The notes below the pieces were generated by a model, which saw only the letters and a program-made list of their open reading frames with translations, was not told the origin of the DNA and searched no databases. DNA of 64,000 nt from Eledone cirrhosa (Eukaryota), in assembly GCA_964016885.1 (NCBI GenBank), contig OZ024741.1, positions 7,192,001 to 7,256,000 of the forward strand. Direction: 5' to 3'. Of the stretch, positions 1-23,380 are shown one piece after another. The translations under genes were made by a program, and so were the position numbers. Numbering within the stretch: the stretch's first letter is position 1; each line of letters starts with the position of its first letter.

Positions 1-274
1 TATATACATATATATTCATATATATGCATATATATACATATATATACATATATATATACATATATATACATATATATATACATATATATACATATATATA
101 CATATATATATATATACATATATATACATATATATACATACATATATATACATATATATACATACATATATATACATATATATACAGACATATATATACA
201 TATATATACATATATATACATATATATACATATACATATATATACATATACATATATATATATACATATATATA

Positions 275-1994
275 TCAAGAAATGGCAACCATCAACCACA
301 TAGACATAACGGAGGAGGATGTGGTGTACGCCATTGATGAAATTAGAACAGACACGGCTGCTAGTCCTGATGGATTCCCAGCAGTTCTCTTAAAAATATG
401 TAAGCGGGCCTTAGCAACTCCACTGAAGATGCTCTTCAGAAGCTCCTTGGCTAACGGTGTACTACACAGGGAGCTGAAAGAAGGCACAATATGCCCTATC
501 CATAAAGGAGGTAGTAGAGCGGAGGCCAAGAACTATAGGCCAGTCTCCCTGACGTCGCATATCAGTAAGGTCATGGAGCGTGTCGTCAGAAAGAAACTAA
601 TCACTTTCCTCGAAGAAAATGACCGCCTGACTTGCACGCAACATGGCTTCCGCCCAGGAAGAAGCTGCCTTACACAGCTGCTACATCGCTATGACTGGGT
701 ACTGAGACAACTACTAGACAGCTCACATGTGGACTTGATATATCTTGACTTTGCGAAGGCCTTTGACAAGGTCGACCACGGAATGATATCTCACAAACTA
801 CACGGACTCGGCATAACTGGAAAAGTAGGTGAGTGGCTGCATGGCTTCCTAAGGGACAGAAGCCAGGCAGTCGCAGCAAATGGGGCCCTCTCGAGGGAAA
901 CACCGATAACAAGTGGAGTGCCCCAGGGGACAGTCCTGGGACCACTACTGTTTTTGGTGGCTCTCTCGGACATGCCCTCTGTGGTGCATGCAACAACATC
1001 CCTCACTAGCTATGCTGATGACACTAAGGTAGCACAGGCAATCAAAAACCCGGCTGACGCTGCCCTTTTACAGCAGGATCTGGATGCCATATACAGATGG
1101 GCAGAAGAAAACAACATGCAGTTTAATGCTGGCAAATTCCAAGCCCTACAATACAAACCTGCAAACACAAATATAGTGGAACACAGCTACACAGGACCAG
1201 GAGGGACCGATATCCCCGTGTAAAAATCGATACGAGACCTGGGCATAGACATAAGCGATGATGCATCTTTTTCTTCAGACATTATGAAAGTGGCGACAAC
1301 ATGCAGACGGCTCGCTGGCTGGATCTTGAGGACTTTCCGGACAAGAGATCGAGACACCATGTTGACACTATGGAGGACTTTTGTCCTAGCCTCCTGGACT
1401 ACTGCTCCCAGTTGTGGTCACCCCATAGTGTCAAATTAACCACGGAGCTTGAGGCAATCCAGCGAAGCTACAAAAAGAGGATTGCCAAGATGAGGGAGAC
1501 AAGCTACTGGGAGAGGCTGAAGGAACTGAACCTCTACTCCTTGGAGCGAAGACGGGAGAGATACGCAGTGATCTACATGTGGAAAATCCTGGAGGGACTA
1601 GCACCAAACTTTGGCATTGGGAGCTGGACCAACCGTCGAACAGGACGTCACTGTGTGGTGCCAAAGGTCCCGTCTTCCACATCTAGAATAAGGAGCAGGT
1701 ATTGCAATAGCCTGGGATTCAAGGGCCCTCAACTCTTCAACAGGCTGCCGATGGATCTGAGAGACTTGCATGACGTGGAGATGGATGTCTTTAAGAAACA
1801 TCTCGACACCTTGTTATCCAGGATCCCGGATGAGCCCACAGCAAGACATGAGGGAAACCTAAGGACAGCAGCAACAAACTCCCTCTTACACCAGTGGCCA
1901 ACCTATACAGGCTGGAGATAAAATGTGTAGCAACAAGGGCGGTGCCCCAGCATGGCCTCAGCCGGATGGCTGAAACAGGTAAAAGAGTAAAAGA
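275..1994 (+). pseudogene. 5'-truncated CR1/L2-group LINE (family 1, copy 1), RT domain with premature stop and frameshift
   Basis: RT motifs [37 protein letters not shown], and YSLERRRERY. Near-identical to 18957-20684 but TCA>TAA at 1221-1223 and a 1-nt deletion near 1387. 3' end GTAAAAGAGTAAAAGA abuts (TA)n. Confidence 0.92.
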
Positions 1995-2002
1995 ATATAT
2001 AC

Positions 2003-2037
<35 letters not shown>

Positions 2038-2062
2038 CATATATACATATATACATATATAC

Positions 2063-2095
<33 letters not shown>

Positions 2096-2110
2096 CATAT
2101 ATATATATAC

Positions 2111-2195
<85 letters not shown>

Positions 2196-2289
2196 CATAT
2201 ATATATACATATATATATATACATATATATATATACATATATATATTTATACGTATATATGTATATATATGTATATATATATATGTATA

Positions 2290-2378
<89 letters not shown>

Positions 2379-2429
2379 TTATGTATACATATATGTATAT
2401 ATATATTTATGTATACATATATATATTTA

Positions 2430-3589
2430 TTAAAATAACCGATTAAAGTTTAAGCAAAGAATCGCTGCTTTCACCCTTAACGGGATCTTCTGAAACTAAC
2501 AAAGTCAATCTGTAAACTTAGAAGTGGATATTTCGAAAAACGTTGCAACCGGAGGAAGACAGGAAGAAGATACTTTGGTTCGTGGAAACGTTGCCTGGCA
2601 AAGAAGGGAAAAAAACCAATATAATATGTCATTAATAGGAGCGGTGAAAAACAATTACGCGCAGACATAACCACCTTTATGGTATAAAAGAAGTCGTAGA
2701 CTAATTTTCTCTTAGGTGGTTCATAGAGACATTCTCTGGCAATGAACGAAAAAAACGAAGATAATACGTCATATGTGGACCGTAGAGAACAATTGCACGG
2801 AAAGACAAAACGTCATAAATGGTATAGCTGAAGTCGTAGACTAAAATTCTAACTAGGAAACCGAATGATTCTCGGCTTCAGAGTTAAGAATAAAGTAAAT
2901 AAAATACAATACTGAGGTAATAGAAATTAAATAAATACATACACGCATGCAAGTACGTACATACACAAGCATACGCGAAAACACTTGCCATAAGTATACA
3001 AAACCACGCAGATATAAATATGTGTGTGTGTGTGTGTGTGCGTGTATACAAATAAATAAATAATTAAATAAACGTATATAAATAAATAAATACGTATATA
3101 ACAAGCGCACACACATAGCTACATGTAAATACACAAATGTTCGGAGACGTAAGTCAACCAAAACATGAAGTACACATATACACACACCCTACATACGTAC
3201 GAGCCTGCATACTCACACAGACGCAAAACTCCCGTATACACATAATCAAACCATATGTACCAGAATATATAAAAAATTATACGCCATAACATATACAATC
3301 AAATATACGTACGAGAAAGTATACGTACCTTCACAAAACATACAGGTAATATATACTTACCTATGCAAATAAGTAATGGTATAAACAAAACATATACTTA
3401 GCTACCACATCAAGACGCAAAATATCCACGTATAGATCGTACTATCCGTTAGGGTATAACGTGGAGCTGTAATACAGGAAAGTTTTGTGCAATTTATGTT
3501 TACAAGCCGAAATTGCCTCAGATTTTTTGTTTAAGATGTGGTCTGTGGCGTAGAGTATTTCCAGGGCCTCAGCGGCGCAGAGGTCACAT

Positions 3590-3590
<1 letters not shown>
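2430..3590 (-). mobile_element. Non-coding repeat family A (putative non-autonomous PLE derivative with hammerhead-like 3' end)
   Basis: Colinear with 45915-47191; partial copies at 29960-30030, 32126-32940 and 47245-47523. No ORF. Confidence 0.8.
2447..2497 (-). ncRNA. Type I hammerhead-like motif, family A (CAGAAGA core variant)
   Basis: Reverse complement: agttt CAGAAGA T-CCC-gttaa-GGG-T GAAA GCA..TGC TT aaact. Also at 29980-30030(-), 32150-32200(-), 32867-32917(+), 45935-45984(-), 47455-47505(+). Confidence 0.6.
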
Positions 3591-5700
<2,110 letters not shown>

Positions 5701-5807
5701 TGTATATATATATATATAAATATGTATATATATATATATATATATATACATACATATTTATATATATATACATATTTATATATATATACATATTTATATA
5801 TATATAC

Positions 5808-5878
<71 letters not shown>

Positions 5879-5949
5879 CATATATAACATATACATATAT
5901 ATATACATATATAAAAACAAATTATATATACATATATAAAAACTTAATT

Positions 5950-6012
<63 letters not shown>

Positions 6013-6078
6013 TGTATACATATTTATATACATATTTATATATATATACATATATATATACATATATATATATATACG

Positions 6079-6110
<32 letters not shown>

Positions 6111-6149
6111 CATATTTATATATATATACATATTTATATATACATATAC

Positions 6150-6226
<77 letters not shown>

Positions 6227-6266
6227 ATGTATATATATATATAAATATGTATATATATATATATAA

Positions 6267-6305
<39 letters not shown>

Positions 6306-6351
6306 CATATTTATATATATATACATATTTATATATATATATATACATATT

Positions 6352-6411
<60 letters not shown>

Positions 6412-6500
6412 TGTATATATATATATAAATATGTATATATATATAAATATGTATATATATATAAATATGTATATATATATACATATTTATATATATATAC

Positions 6501-6543
<43 letters not shown>

Positions 6544-6571
6544 CATATATAACATATACATATATATATAC

Positions 6572-6662
<91 letters not shown>

Positions 6663-6847
6663 GATAAATCTACCAAGAGTTTACGATAGTGTCCAATCCG
6701 TATGAAGAACTCAATGTATTCCGGATATCATGGAAAGAAGAGATGTAATGAAAAATCACTTTCGGTGAAAGATAAACGGTATACAGAGTCAAGATAAAAT
6801 ATTAAACAAATAATGAATAAACAATTCCTTATATTAAACAAAAAAAG

Positions 6848-7002
6848 TTCATTATTTAACGATCGTTTCTAGGATATATATGTGTTAGAATTGGTATGCA
6901 TATTCAACAGATCTATGTACAAAATTATACAAAATTATACAAATTATCAAGATTAAATATACATACCAAACACATATATACGCCGTCTTCAGAAATAATG
7001 AA
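6848..7002 (-). ncRNA. Type I hammerhead ribozyme with very long stem II
   Basis: Reverse complement: ttcattattt CTGAAGA [~120-nt hairpin tatatatgtgtt/aacacatatata] GAAA CGATCG TT aaataatgaa. 10-bp stem I, palindromic stem III AACGATCGTT. Confidence 0.75.
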
Positions 7003-7702
7003 GTATATTTATTGATAATAACAACAATTCAAAATTTCAGGTCCGTTTGGGAACAAAAATTGACCAATGAAAACACAAAGGGTTAAATGCAGTTCGGTGT
7101 GTGTATATACATGTAAAACCCTTACACATATTTTACAAAAATGTATGTATAATTTGTATACGCATACTAAAAAGATGGATGCAAATACAAAATTTCAAGG
7201 TTAATGTCTCTGTAAATTTATAATGTACAGATAAGATGCGTATTGACACTTATGAAATTAAGTATACAAATATATTTTTTCATACTCACACATATCCGTA
7301 CAATCACACATACACGCGCGTATATGCATAAATATACACATAACCACGAACATACAAACACACACACACACCCCCACTCACATTTATATATGTGGATATA
7401 AAATCATAAGCACATGGATATTAATTCACTCACATAAAACACTGGCACACACATTTTTAGATCAAGATACAGAAATTAGGTGGGAGGGGGGGGGGGGGTC
7501 AGTATTCAACGGTCTGAGCAGACTGCCTATTATAGATGTATCTATAAACTAAGAAAAATAAAAAATAAAAAAATAAAAAAATAAAATATAATAAATAAAC
7601 ATTAAAGAGGAAAGAATAGAAAGAAAAACAGAAAAAAGAAAAAAGAAAAAAGAAAAAAGAAATATATCAAGAAAATAAATATATATATATATACACATAT
7701 AT

Positions 7703-7743
<41 letters not shown>

Positions 7744-7943
7744 TATACATATATATAAATATACATATATATACACATAGACACACACACACCCATACAT
7801 AAATATACACACATATACAAACACATACATACATATACACACATTCACACTAAGAACATACATACACACACATATATAAACATATACATATACACGCATA
7901 CACACATATACACATATACACACAAATACACATACATATATAT

Positions 7944-7992
<49 letters not shown>

Positions 7993-8303
7993 TATGTGTG
8001 TATATACACGTACATATACACACATATATACATATAATCACACATACTATATAGACACAGATATATATAACCACACACATACATGCACATATACAACACT
8101 TACATACTAATATACATACAGATATACACATACATAGCTATATATACACACAAATATATACAGACTTACATATATACATACAGACAAATACTTACGCATC
8201 TATATATCGGTATATACATACAAACACCACTACACTATCACACAACTTAGAAATACAAAGAGAAAGGTATATACCTATACACACATACATATACAAATAG
8301 AAA

Positions 8304-8347
<44 letters not shown>

Positions 8348-8373
8348 TATACATATACATATATATATATAAC

Positions 8374-8404
<31 letters not shown>

Positions 8405-8553
8405 CAAATACACATACACACACATACAGATATATACACATACATACATGTACACACACATAGAAATATTTACGCATACACACATACACACATACATATA
8501 AAGTCATACCCACACATACACCTACACGAACATACACATACACATATATAAAG

Positions 8554-8584
<31 letters not shown>

Positions 8585-8646
8585 ACACATACACACATAC
8601 ACATATATATAAAAAATAAATAATAAAGATATATACATATATATAT

Positions 8647-8703
<57 letters not shown>

Positions 8704-9073
8704 CACCTAAAAATATACATACACATACATACACACATACATAGACATACATGTACATACATACACGTACATCGATATACATATATATATATATATACAT
8801 ACATAGACATATACATACAAACACACACAACTTACATACACACATATATATACATGTATATTCATACATAGAATTAGATATATAATCATACATACATATG
8901 CACTTACTTATACTCATATATACAAATACATACGCATCCATATATGCGTATATACATAAAAAACCACTACAACCTCACCTAACTCAGACATACAAATAAA
9001 AATAATAATAAAAAGGCATATGTATATACATACACACACGCATTAATAGAGATATATATCTACACATACATAT

Positions 9074-9125
<52 letters not shown>

Positions 9126-9230
9126 ACTCATACATATATATATATATACATATATATACATAGATACCCACACACTCATACCACCATAAATACACATACA
9201 AACACCCACGTATACATATATATACACACG

Positions 9231-9262
<32 letters not shown>

Positions 9263-9518
9263 TAAAAAACAGACATGCACATATATATATATTTTTTTAC
9301 ACTTATATATACACATATTATATACACATACACAACCTCACTTATACACACATACACATAAGTTATATTATAATAATAAAAAATAATATATATATATATA
9401 TATACACATATATATATACATATATATACATACATACATATATACATATATATACATATAAACACATACATACACATATACACACATACGAATATAGACA
9501 TATATTCACACGTAGACA

Positions 9519-9584
<66 letters not shown>

Positions 9585-11236
9585 TACATATACACAGTCA
9601 CATATACACACTCACATATATATGTGTGTGTACACACACACATATATATACACACATACACATATATACACATAAACACATATATGTGCATACATGCACA
9701 CACACACACATATATCACATAGATAAGAAGATAGACATATAAATAGAGAGACATACATATATATACACAACACACATACACACACATACATACACACACA
9801 TATACATATACATATATATATACATATATATATTCCTATATATACATATATACATATATATACACATATATACACATACATACATATATACGTACACACA
9901 TTCACATACACATACATATATACATGCATATATACACATATATACATACATACACACACTCATATATACACACACAATCTTACATTCATATTTGCATGCG
10001 CATATATGTATTTTTATATTTAGATATAAATACCCAAACCTATATATACACCTACCTACATATATATTCATACATACACGCTTACAAATATAGATGATAA
10101 TAGTATGGGGGAAAGGGGGGGTTTGGAGAAGGGGATCAAAGTAAATATATGTTTCAAGAAAGATAGAATATTTTCCGTATCTTTATCCAATGTATGTTTT
10201 TACATAGTTTCAGTGTTAGGAAATACAACAAACAAGAACTAAGGCAAAATCTATGCATCTCAAAATAAACAAGTATATCATTAATTATATGTTAACTAAA
10301 CCAAAGATAGTTAACATATTGATTTCTAAGGTGTAAATTAGTTAGGTTTATAATATTTGAAGCAGAATTTTGAAGTTAAATAGTAGTAGAGTATTAATTA
10401 CAGTAAAACTAAATTAAAGTTAATAACGTTATGGTATCAATATTAGGAAATGAATTTAGTAATAGGGAAAAAAACAAATAAAATAGAGTATTACATCGGT
10501 AGTAGAATATAAATTATAGGTTAACTAAATTAAAAATTATATATTTATTTCTATAGTATATGTTAATTAGGTATACAATACGTAAAGCAGATATTGTATT
10601 TCATCAATAGCATAATATAATTATATGCAAATAGAAATCAAAATTAATACGCATACATATACATATATATACACATACATATATACATATATATACACAC
10701 ATATATACATATATATACATATATACACACATACATACACACACACATACACATACACATATACATATACATATCTTTTTCAAAAAATTGCATAGAATAT
10801 ATTAACTAGGTATATATCAAAAACACATCCCATTCTATGATTACATGACATTCCGCAATTCGTCTGTATAAGGATACTAATTTTAAGCAAATTAAAATTA
10901 AATTTTTAGGTTGATTAAAATTAAAACCAAAATTATAAATATATTTCTAAAATGTATATTAATTATGTCTATAATACTAAAAATTATTTCTCTGTCATTG
11001 GATACACGATATTATTTTGTTATATTTTATCTGTAAAAGAATTATAATAAAAGGTTTAAATAAATTAAAATTAATCTATAAATTAAATTACTAAGTATAT
11101 ATTAGTAATATTTAAAGGTTTTTCACAATTTATGATTACATAATATTTTATATTCTCATCTGTAATAAAATTTTAATTAAATTAAATTTATAGGTTAACT
11201 AACATTTAAATTAAATTAATTTCTAAAATAATGTTA

Positions 11237-12042
11237 TTAATTAGGTTTATAATATTTAAATGTTTTTTTTAGTTTATGATTACACGATATAATTAATTCC
11301 TGTCGTTTATTTAATAAGATATCCTTAGACTTCATTATTTCAAATAGTTCTTGGGAACATAATCTACATTCATTTCTATTATTTTGATAAGGGGTGGCTC
11401 TTTTGAGCACACTCCAGGTCAAATCATATTTTATATTCTTATTTTTATAACTATTGATTTTTTCTGCTAGAGATGTTGTATTAGCCAGTGCGGCATTTTT
11501 AAAACTATGCTTGTGGGTATTAAACCTTGTCTTAAAATTGTTAGAGGTAGCTCCTATATATGAGCAAATAGAATCTTTAGTTTTAACATTACATTTATAG
11601 ACTATGTTGTTAACAAGACAATTCCCTTTTAATGGGCAGTTTGCTTTGTTTCTACAGTTACATCCTTTCGTTAATTCTGTATTTGAGGAGATATTATGGT
11701 TAATTTGATGTACTGGTGGTATACTTATGGTTTTCTTACATTTATATGCATTATATGCACTAATATTTTGTTTTATGTTATTTGTTGTAGAGTATGAGAA
11801 TTTAACTGTAGACCTATTTAAGATTTGATGGTATTTGTGGTTTGGCGGGAAGTTTTTCTCAAGGATATAAAAAAATTTTTTAGCAATATTATCCTTAACT
11901 TGTAAATTAAAAGGAGCATTATACCAAGTAACCCGTCTATTACGGTTTCTATGTTGTTTATTATTTTTATTATTTTTATAGGTTGTATCGTGATTTTTAC
12001 TAGGAGGATTAATGTTAATGATCTCACCACAACTATTTTTAG
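11237..12042 (-). CDS. PLE GIY-YIG endonuclease fragment
   Basis: [68 protein letters not shown]. Confidence 0.88.
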
Positions 12043-14886
<2,844 letters not shown>

Positions 14887-14893
14887 TATATAC

Positions 14894-14952
<59 letters not shown>

Positions 14953-15185
14953 CATACATATATATATATATACATACATTTATATATATACATACATATA
15001 TATATATATATACATACTTATATATATATACATACATATATATACATATATATATACATATATATATACATATATATATATATACATATATATATATACA
15101 TACATATATATATATATACATATATATATATACATACATATATATATATATATATGCATACATATATATACATATATATACAGAC

Positions 15186-15216
<31 letters not shown>

Positions 15217-15319
15217 CATACATATATATATATACATACATATATATATATATATGCATACATATATATATACATATATATACAGACATATATATATATA
15301 TACATACATATATATATAT

Positions 15320-15350
<31 letters not shown>

Positions 15351-15991
15351 CATACATATATATATATATATATACATATATATATACATATATATATACA
15401 TATATATATATATATATGTATATATACACCCTTTCATTTCCAACTTCTACAGCCCACTATCTTTCACACACACACACACTCACACATATACACACTTACA
15501 CTTATACACACACAGTCACACACACATATATATTTACATACACATATCTTACGGCTTTCACACGCTAACGCACCCTCTTGATTTAACCCATTTGGTCAGT
15601 AGCTTTTGCCACAGCTTATCACACGCACGCGCATTCTTTCCCTCGTTTAAATTTTAAATATTTTTCTCCCCATAACGGCATTCCTGTCTTAACGACATCA
15701 CCACTTTCTCCGCTTGGCCTGTTTTTCCCCCCTTTTGGAACTTTTCCCCCGTTGATGGGCGTGAGCCCGAAATATTGGGATTAAATCTCTACTACGGTAA
15801 CCCTTCTACCTTTGTTTTGTTTTCATCTTTGTCTCTCTCAACTTTCACTTTCACCTGTTTTTCCTATCTATATTTCACTTCCTACCTCGAGATTTCCCTT
15901 TGCATTGTTGTGGCTTTCTTAAATACGTATTTTTACACATTTCACAATGCTTCAAGCAAACTTTAACACCCTCTTATATATATATATATAT

Positions 15992-16032
<41 letters not shown>

Positions 16033-16281
16033 CATATATATGTATACATACATTTATATATATACATACATATATATATACATACTTATATATATATACA
16101 TACATATATATATATACATATATATATACATATATATATACATATATATATACATATATATATATACATATATATATATATACATACATATATATATATA
16201 CATACATATATATATATATGCATACATATATATACATATATATACAGACATATATATATATATACATACATATATATATAT

Positions 16282-16312
<31 letters not shown>

Positions 16313-16385
16313 CATACATATATATATATATACATATATATATACATACATACATATATATATATACATACATACATATATATAT

Positions 16386-16416
<31 letters not shown>

Positions 16417-16475
16417 CATACATACATATATACATATATATATATACATACATATATATATATATATATATACAC

Positions 16476-16524
<49 letters not shown>

Positions 16525-16553
16525 CATATATATATATACATATATATATATAC

Positions 16554-16600
<47 letters not shown>

Positions 16601-16749
16601 TATGTATATATATACATATATATATATACATACATATATACATATATATATACATATATATACATATATATATATACATATATATACATATATATACATA
16701 CATATACATATATATATATATATATATACATATATACATATATATATAC

Positions 16750-16794
<45 letters not shown>

Positions 16795-16799
16795 TATAC

Positions 16800-16857
<58 letters not shown>

Positions 16858-16982
16858 CATATATATATACATATATATATATACATATATATAGATATAC
16901 ATATATATATATACATATATATATTTACATATATATATATATACATATATACATATATATATATACATATATATATATATAC

Positions 16983-17031
<49 letters not shown>

Positions 17032-17072
17032 CATATATATATATACATATATATATATACATATATATATAC

Positions 17073-17108
<36 letters not shown>

Positions 17109-17407
17109 GGTGGCTGCCAACTCGTATTCGAGTACGGCCACTACTTTATATCCATCTAGGAGAACCCCTATCGATGCGCTGAACGACTTGAAAACTCTGG
17201 TACAAACACTACACTTGTGACAATTATTGATACATAGTGCTGGGCCCATGGTACCATGTGACCACAAGTGCAGAGAGATCTCCAGATATAAAGCAATGCC
17301 TGTGCCGTGAAGCTTTCATAGTGAGCAAAGGCACTGCACAAAGCCAGTCCCACTCTCTTAACAAAGATTATATTTACCAAAAAGAACAAGTCAACATCAT
17401 TGGATAC

Positions 17408-17680
17408 CATCAGAGTTGCAGGTGTTATATCAGAGTTTTCCTTCTCCTAGAATTCTGCCTTGACAAAGGGTCATCTCTCCCGGTGATTTTGGATGGCCAT
17501 TGACTCTTAAGAGCTCCTTTGCCCTTTGACAGGTTTTGTTTTTAGTCCTGCAGGATGTCCAAAGTCACCCTCCTCACCAAGAAACCTTGGTGGGGTTGCT
17601 AGTTTAGTCGCCAACGACCCGACCATGAGACAGGTTGTACTGGGATACATGTTACCAGTAGCACCAACTGGTGACCTGAC
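17408..17680 (-). mobile_element. RTE-type 5' UTR-like or RTE-derived SINE fragment
   Basis: Reverse complement contains ctaggagaaggaaaactctga and ggtcgggtcgttggcgactaaactagcaacccc, resembling RTE leaders from memory. Confidence 0.4.
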
Positions 17681-17729
17681 ATATTATATATACTCACATA
17701 TATACATACATAGATATATATATATATAC

Positions 17730-17765
<36 letters not shown>

Positions 17766-17769
17766 ATAC

Positions 17770-17800
<31 letters not shown>

Positions 17801-18339
17801 TTTATATACACATATATACATACATATATATATATACACATATATACATACATATATATATATATACATACATACATATATACACATATATACATACATA
17901 CATATATATATACACATATATACATACATATATATATATATATACATACATATATACATATATACACATATATATATATACACACATATATATATATATA
18001 CACATATTTATATATACACATATATATACACACACATACATATATATATATATATACATACATATATACACATATACACATATATATATATAAACACATA
18101 TAAACATACATATATACAAACATATATACATACATACACATACATACATACACATATATATATATACATACATGCACATATATATATATACATACATACA
18201 TATATACATATATACACATATATATATATATACATATATATACATACATATATATATATACATATATATATATATACATACATATATATATACATATATA
18301 CATATATATATACATATATATATACACATATATATATAT

Positions 18340-18401
<62 letters not shown>

Positions 18402-18418
18402 CATATATATATATATAT

Positions 18419-18562
18419 CTAAGGCGGGTAAAATTCCCGAGATCCATGGACGAGTTCTCTCCAGCGGTCTCTGTCCCTCATTATCGCTGCCATATCCTGC
18501 ATCTCCAACAGACCAGTGTCTGTCCTTAGGGCATCAACATATGTTAACCTTGATCTTCCACT
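18419..18562 (-). mobile_element. Short 3' end of the RTE family at 27006-29582
   Basis: Encodes [43 protein letters not shown], identical to that ORF's end. Confidence 0.92.
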
Positions 18563-18686
18563 TCTATATATATATATATATGAGAATGAGAATGAGAGGG
18601 CAAAGAAAGAGAACAGGGCCATAGAAAACTTAGGGCATCAACATATGTTAACCTTGGTCTTCCTCTTCTATATATATATATATATA

Positions 18687-20791
<2,105 letters not shown>

Positions 20792-21975
20792 TAGATTTAG
20801 AATAATGTTGATCTATTTGCACTTTTCATTGTTTGACTTGTGTGGTGGCTTTTTCCCGGCTGCGGGCTGGGCACTCGGAAAGTTCAGCCTTCCTTGAGTG
20901 CTCGGAAAAATATATTTCTCCTCTTTCAGTAAATGAAATTACTCGGAGTGGCTTGCTCTGCCCCAGTCCCACCGCGCCGCTTGTTTTGGCTGCCTATTTA
21001 TACCTGTACCTACAAACTCCAGGTTTGGGCACAACTATTAGCTGTATCATGCCTCTATTGACACATAAATATACCCCTAATGTGTGATTTAATTGTATTC
21101 GTGGTATAGACGATGGCCTGTCGAAATTGTGGGGTTCCTGCTAGCGATCCCGGGGCCAAAGTTAGTTACGTTCCTAGAGTACGCGGATAAATTAATTTCC
21201 ATTTCTCTCGCTGGACGATACCACTCGAGACTGGCTGACTCATGGTGGTGGGTGTGCTGGCTGGGACTCCCAATCGAAATCTTTACTCTATATCCCATCC
21301 TAATAGTTTATTGAATTAAAAAAAAATTTTTTCATATAAGACTCGCTCCGTAAGTTCGTTAAATAAATAAATCTCGCTACATCTATGTTTCAATTTACCA
21401 TTTTGCAATATAATATTTTTAATTTAATTTATTTCATCCTATAACTCGCAACATGAGTTTAGCGTTCCAATCTTCGGTTCACACATTAGACCATACAGAC
21501 ACCCACTACATCTGACTAACAAACTATGCTCTTGCATTATCTATGTTAACTGCCGATTGTATTTTAATTTTGCTTTGATTTTGTTTTAATGTGATTTTGA
21601 TTTTGAATTTGAATTGCTATACAGAAATATAATATAATATATGTCACTCCACTGTACATCAATATATACATATGTTTCTGTATGTCTCTTGCGTTGGAAA
21701 GGAGGTCAATCATGTGTACAAACATTGAAAAATGCTCCGAAGACTCCAAGCCTAGGTTTGGATGAAACAATTGTAAGTGAATAAATGCTTTGAACATAGC
21801 TTTGATTATTGTGAGTTCTATATAACTGCTCTGTAGAACAACTGATGTTATTACATTGAGCTATTTATCTTACTGGTAATAAGGTAGTAATAAATTACTG
21901 ACCTTCATTGTTTAGGGTTAAAAATATATATAACTATAAAAAGTTTTGGTATATACATAACCATAAATAGTATCC

Positions 21976-22142
<167 letters not shown>

Positions 22143-22145
22143 TAC

Positions 22146-22288
<143 letters not shown>

Positions 22289-22315
22289 CATATATATATA
22301 CATATATATATACAC

Positions 22316-22368
<53 letters not shown>

Positions 22369-22373
22369 CATAT

Positions 22374-22752
22374 AAGTATGTTTTGAAACAGTGAGCGAGT
22401 TTGAAATTAGACAATATATAGCTTTCAGCGTATTTTTAACTAAAGGAATTTTAGCCTGATAGTGGGGTTTAGAACCCTCAGATAAATGGAAAAAGGTGAG
22501 TATTGACGTACATGGGAGTCGAACCCACATCTGTGGTTATCGCGACCACTGTGCTACCATTACACCAGCAAATCAGGATGGGTGATGTGCTGGTGTAATG
22601 GTAGCACAGTGGTCGCGATAACCACAGATGTGGGTTCGACTCCCATGTACGTCAATACTCACCTTTTTCCATTTATCTGAGGGTTCTAAACCCCGTTATC
22701 AGGCTAAAATTCCTTTAGTTAAAAATACGCTGAAAGCTATATATTTTCTAAT
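22374..22752 (+). mobile_element. Asymmetric fold-back element containing a tRNA-like sequence
   Basis: Arms 22406-22570 / 22588-22752, tail 22374-22405, within (TA)n. Confidence 0.85.
22584..22654 (+). tRNA. tRNA-like cloverleaf (pseudo-tRNA or Pol III promoter head; loop CGCGATA, G at position 33)
   Basis: Acceptor GATGTGC/GTACGTC, D arm GTGT/GCAC with A box TGGTGTAATGG, anticodon stem GTGGT/ACCAC, T arm GTGGG-TTCGACT-CCCAT, T5 run about 10 nt downstream. Confidence 0.75.
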
Positions 22753-22772
22753 ATATACATATATATATATAC

Positions 22773-22883
<111 letters not shown>

Positions 22884-22894
22884 CATACATATAC

Positions 22895-22943
<49 letters not shown>

Positions 22944-22952
22944 CATATATAC

Positions 22953-22983
<31 letters not shown>

Positions 22984-23092
22984 AACATATATATACATAT
23001 ATATATATATACATATATATATATACATATATATATATATACATATATATATACATATATATATATATACATATATATACACATATATATAC

Positions 23093-23125
<33 letters not shown>

Positions 23126-23213
23126 CATATATATACATACATATATATATATATACATATATACATATATATATATACATATATATATATACATATATAT
23201 AGATATATACATA

Positions 23214-23245
<32 letters not shown>

Positions 23246-23266
23246 CATATATATATATACATATAT

Positions 23267-23313
<47 letters not shown>

Positions 23314-23342
23314 CATATATATATATATATACATATATATAC

Positions 23343-23375
<33 letters not shown>

Positions 23376-23380
23376 CATAT

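Larger units (their letters stand above)
6660..12042 (-). mobile_element. 5'-truncated PLE with long microsatellite-laden 3' region
   Basis: GIY-YIG fragment at 11237-12042 and a same-strand hammerhead at 6848-7002. That these belong to one element is inferred. Confidence 0.6.

Noticed and set aside
15745-15780. Hammerhead-like GGGC-gtga-GCCC GAAA TATT ggga
   Set aside because: Core reads CCGTTGA; too degenerate to call functional
22584-22654. Functional tRNA-Ser(CGA) gene
   Set aside because: G33 instead of U33, no long variable arm, embedded in a mobile hairpin
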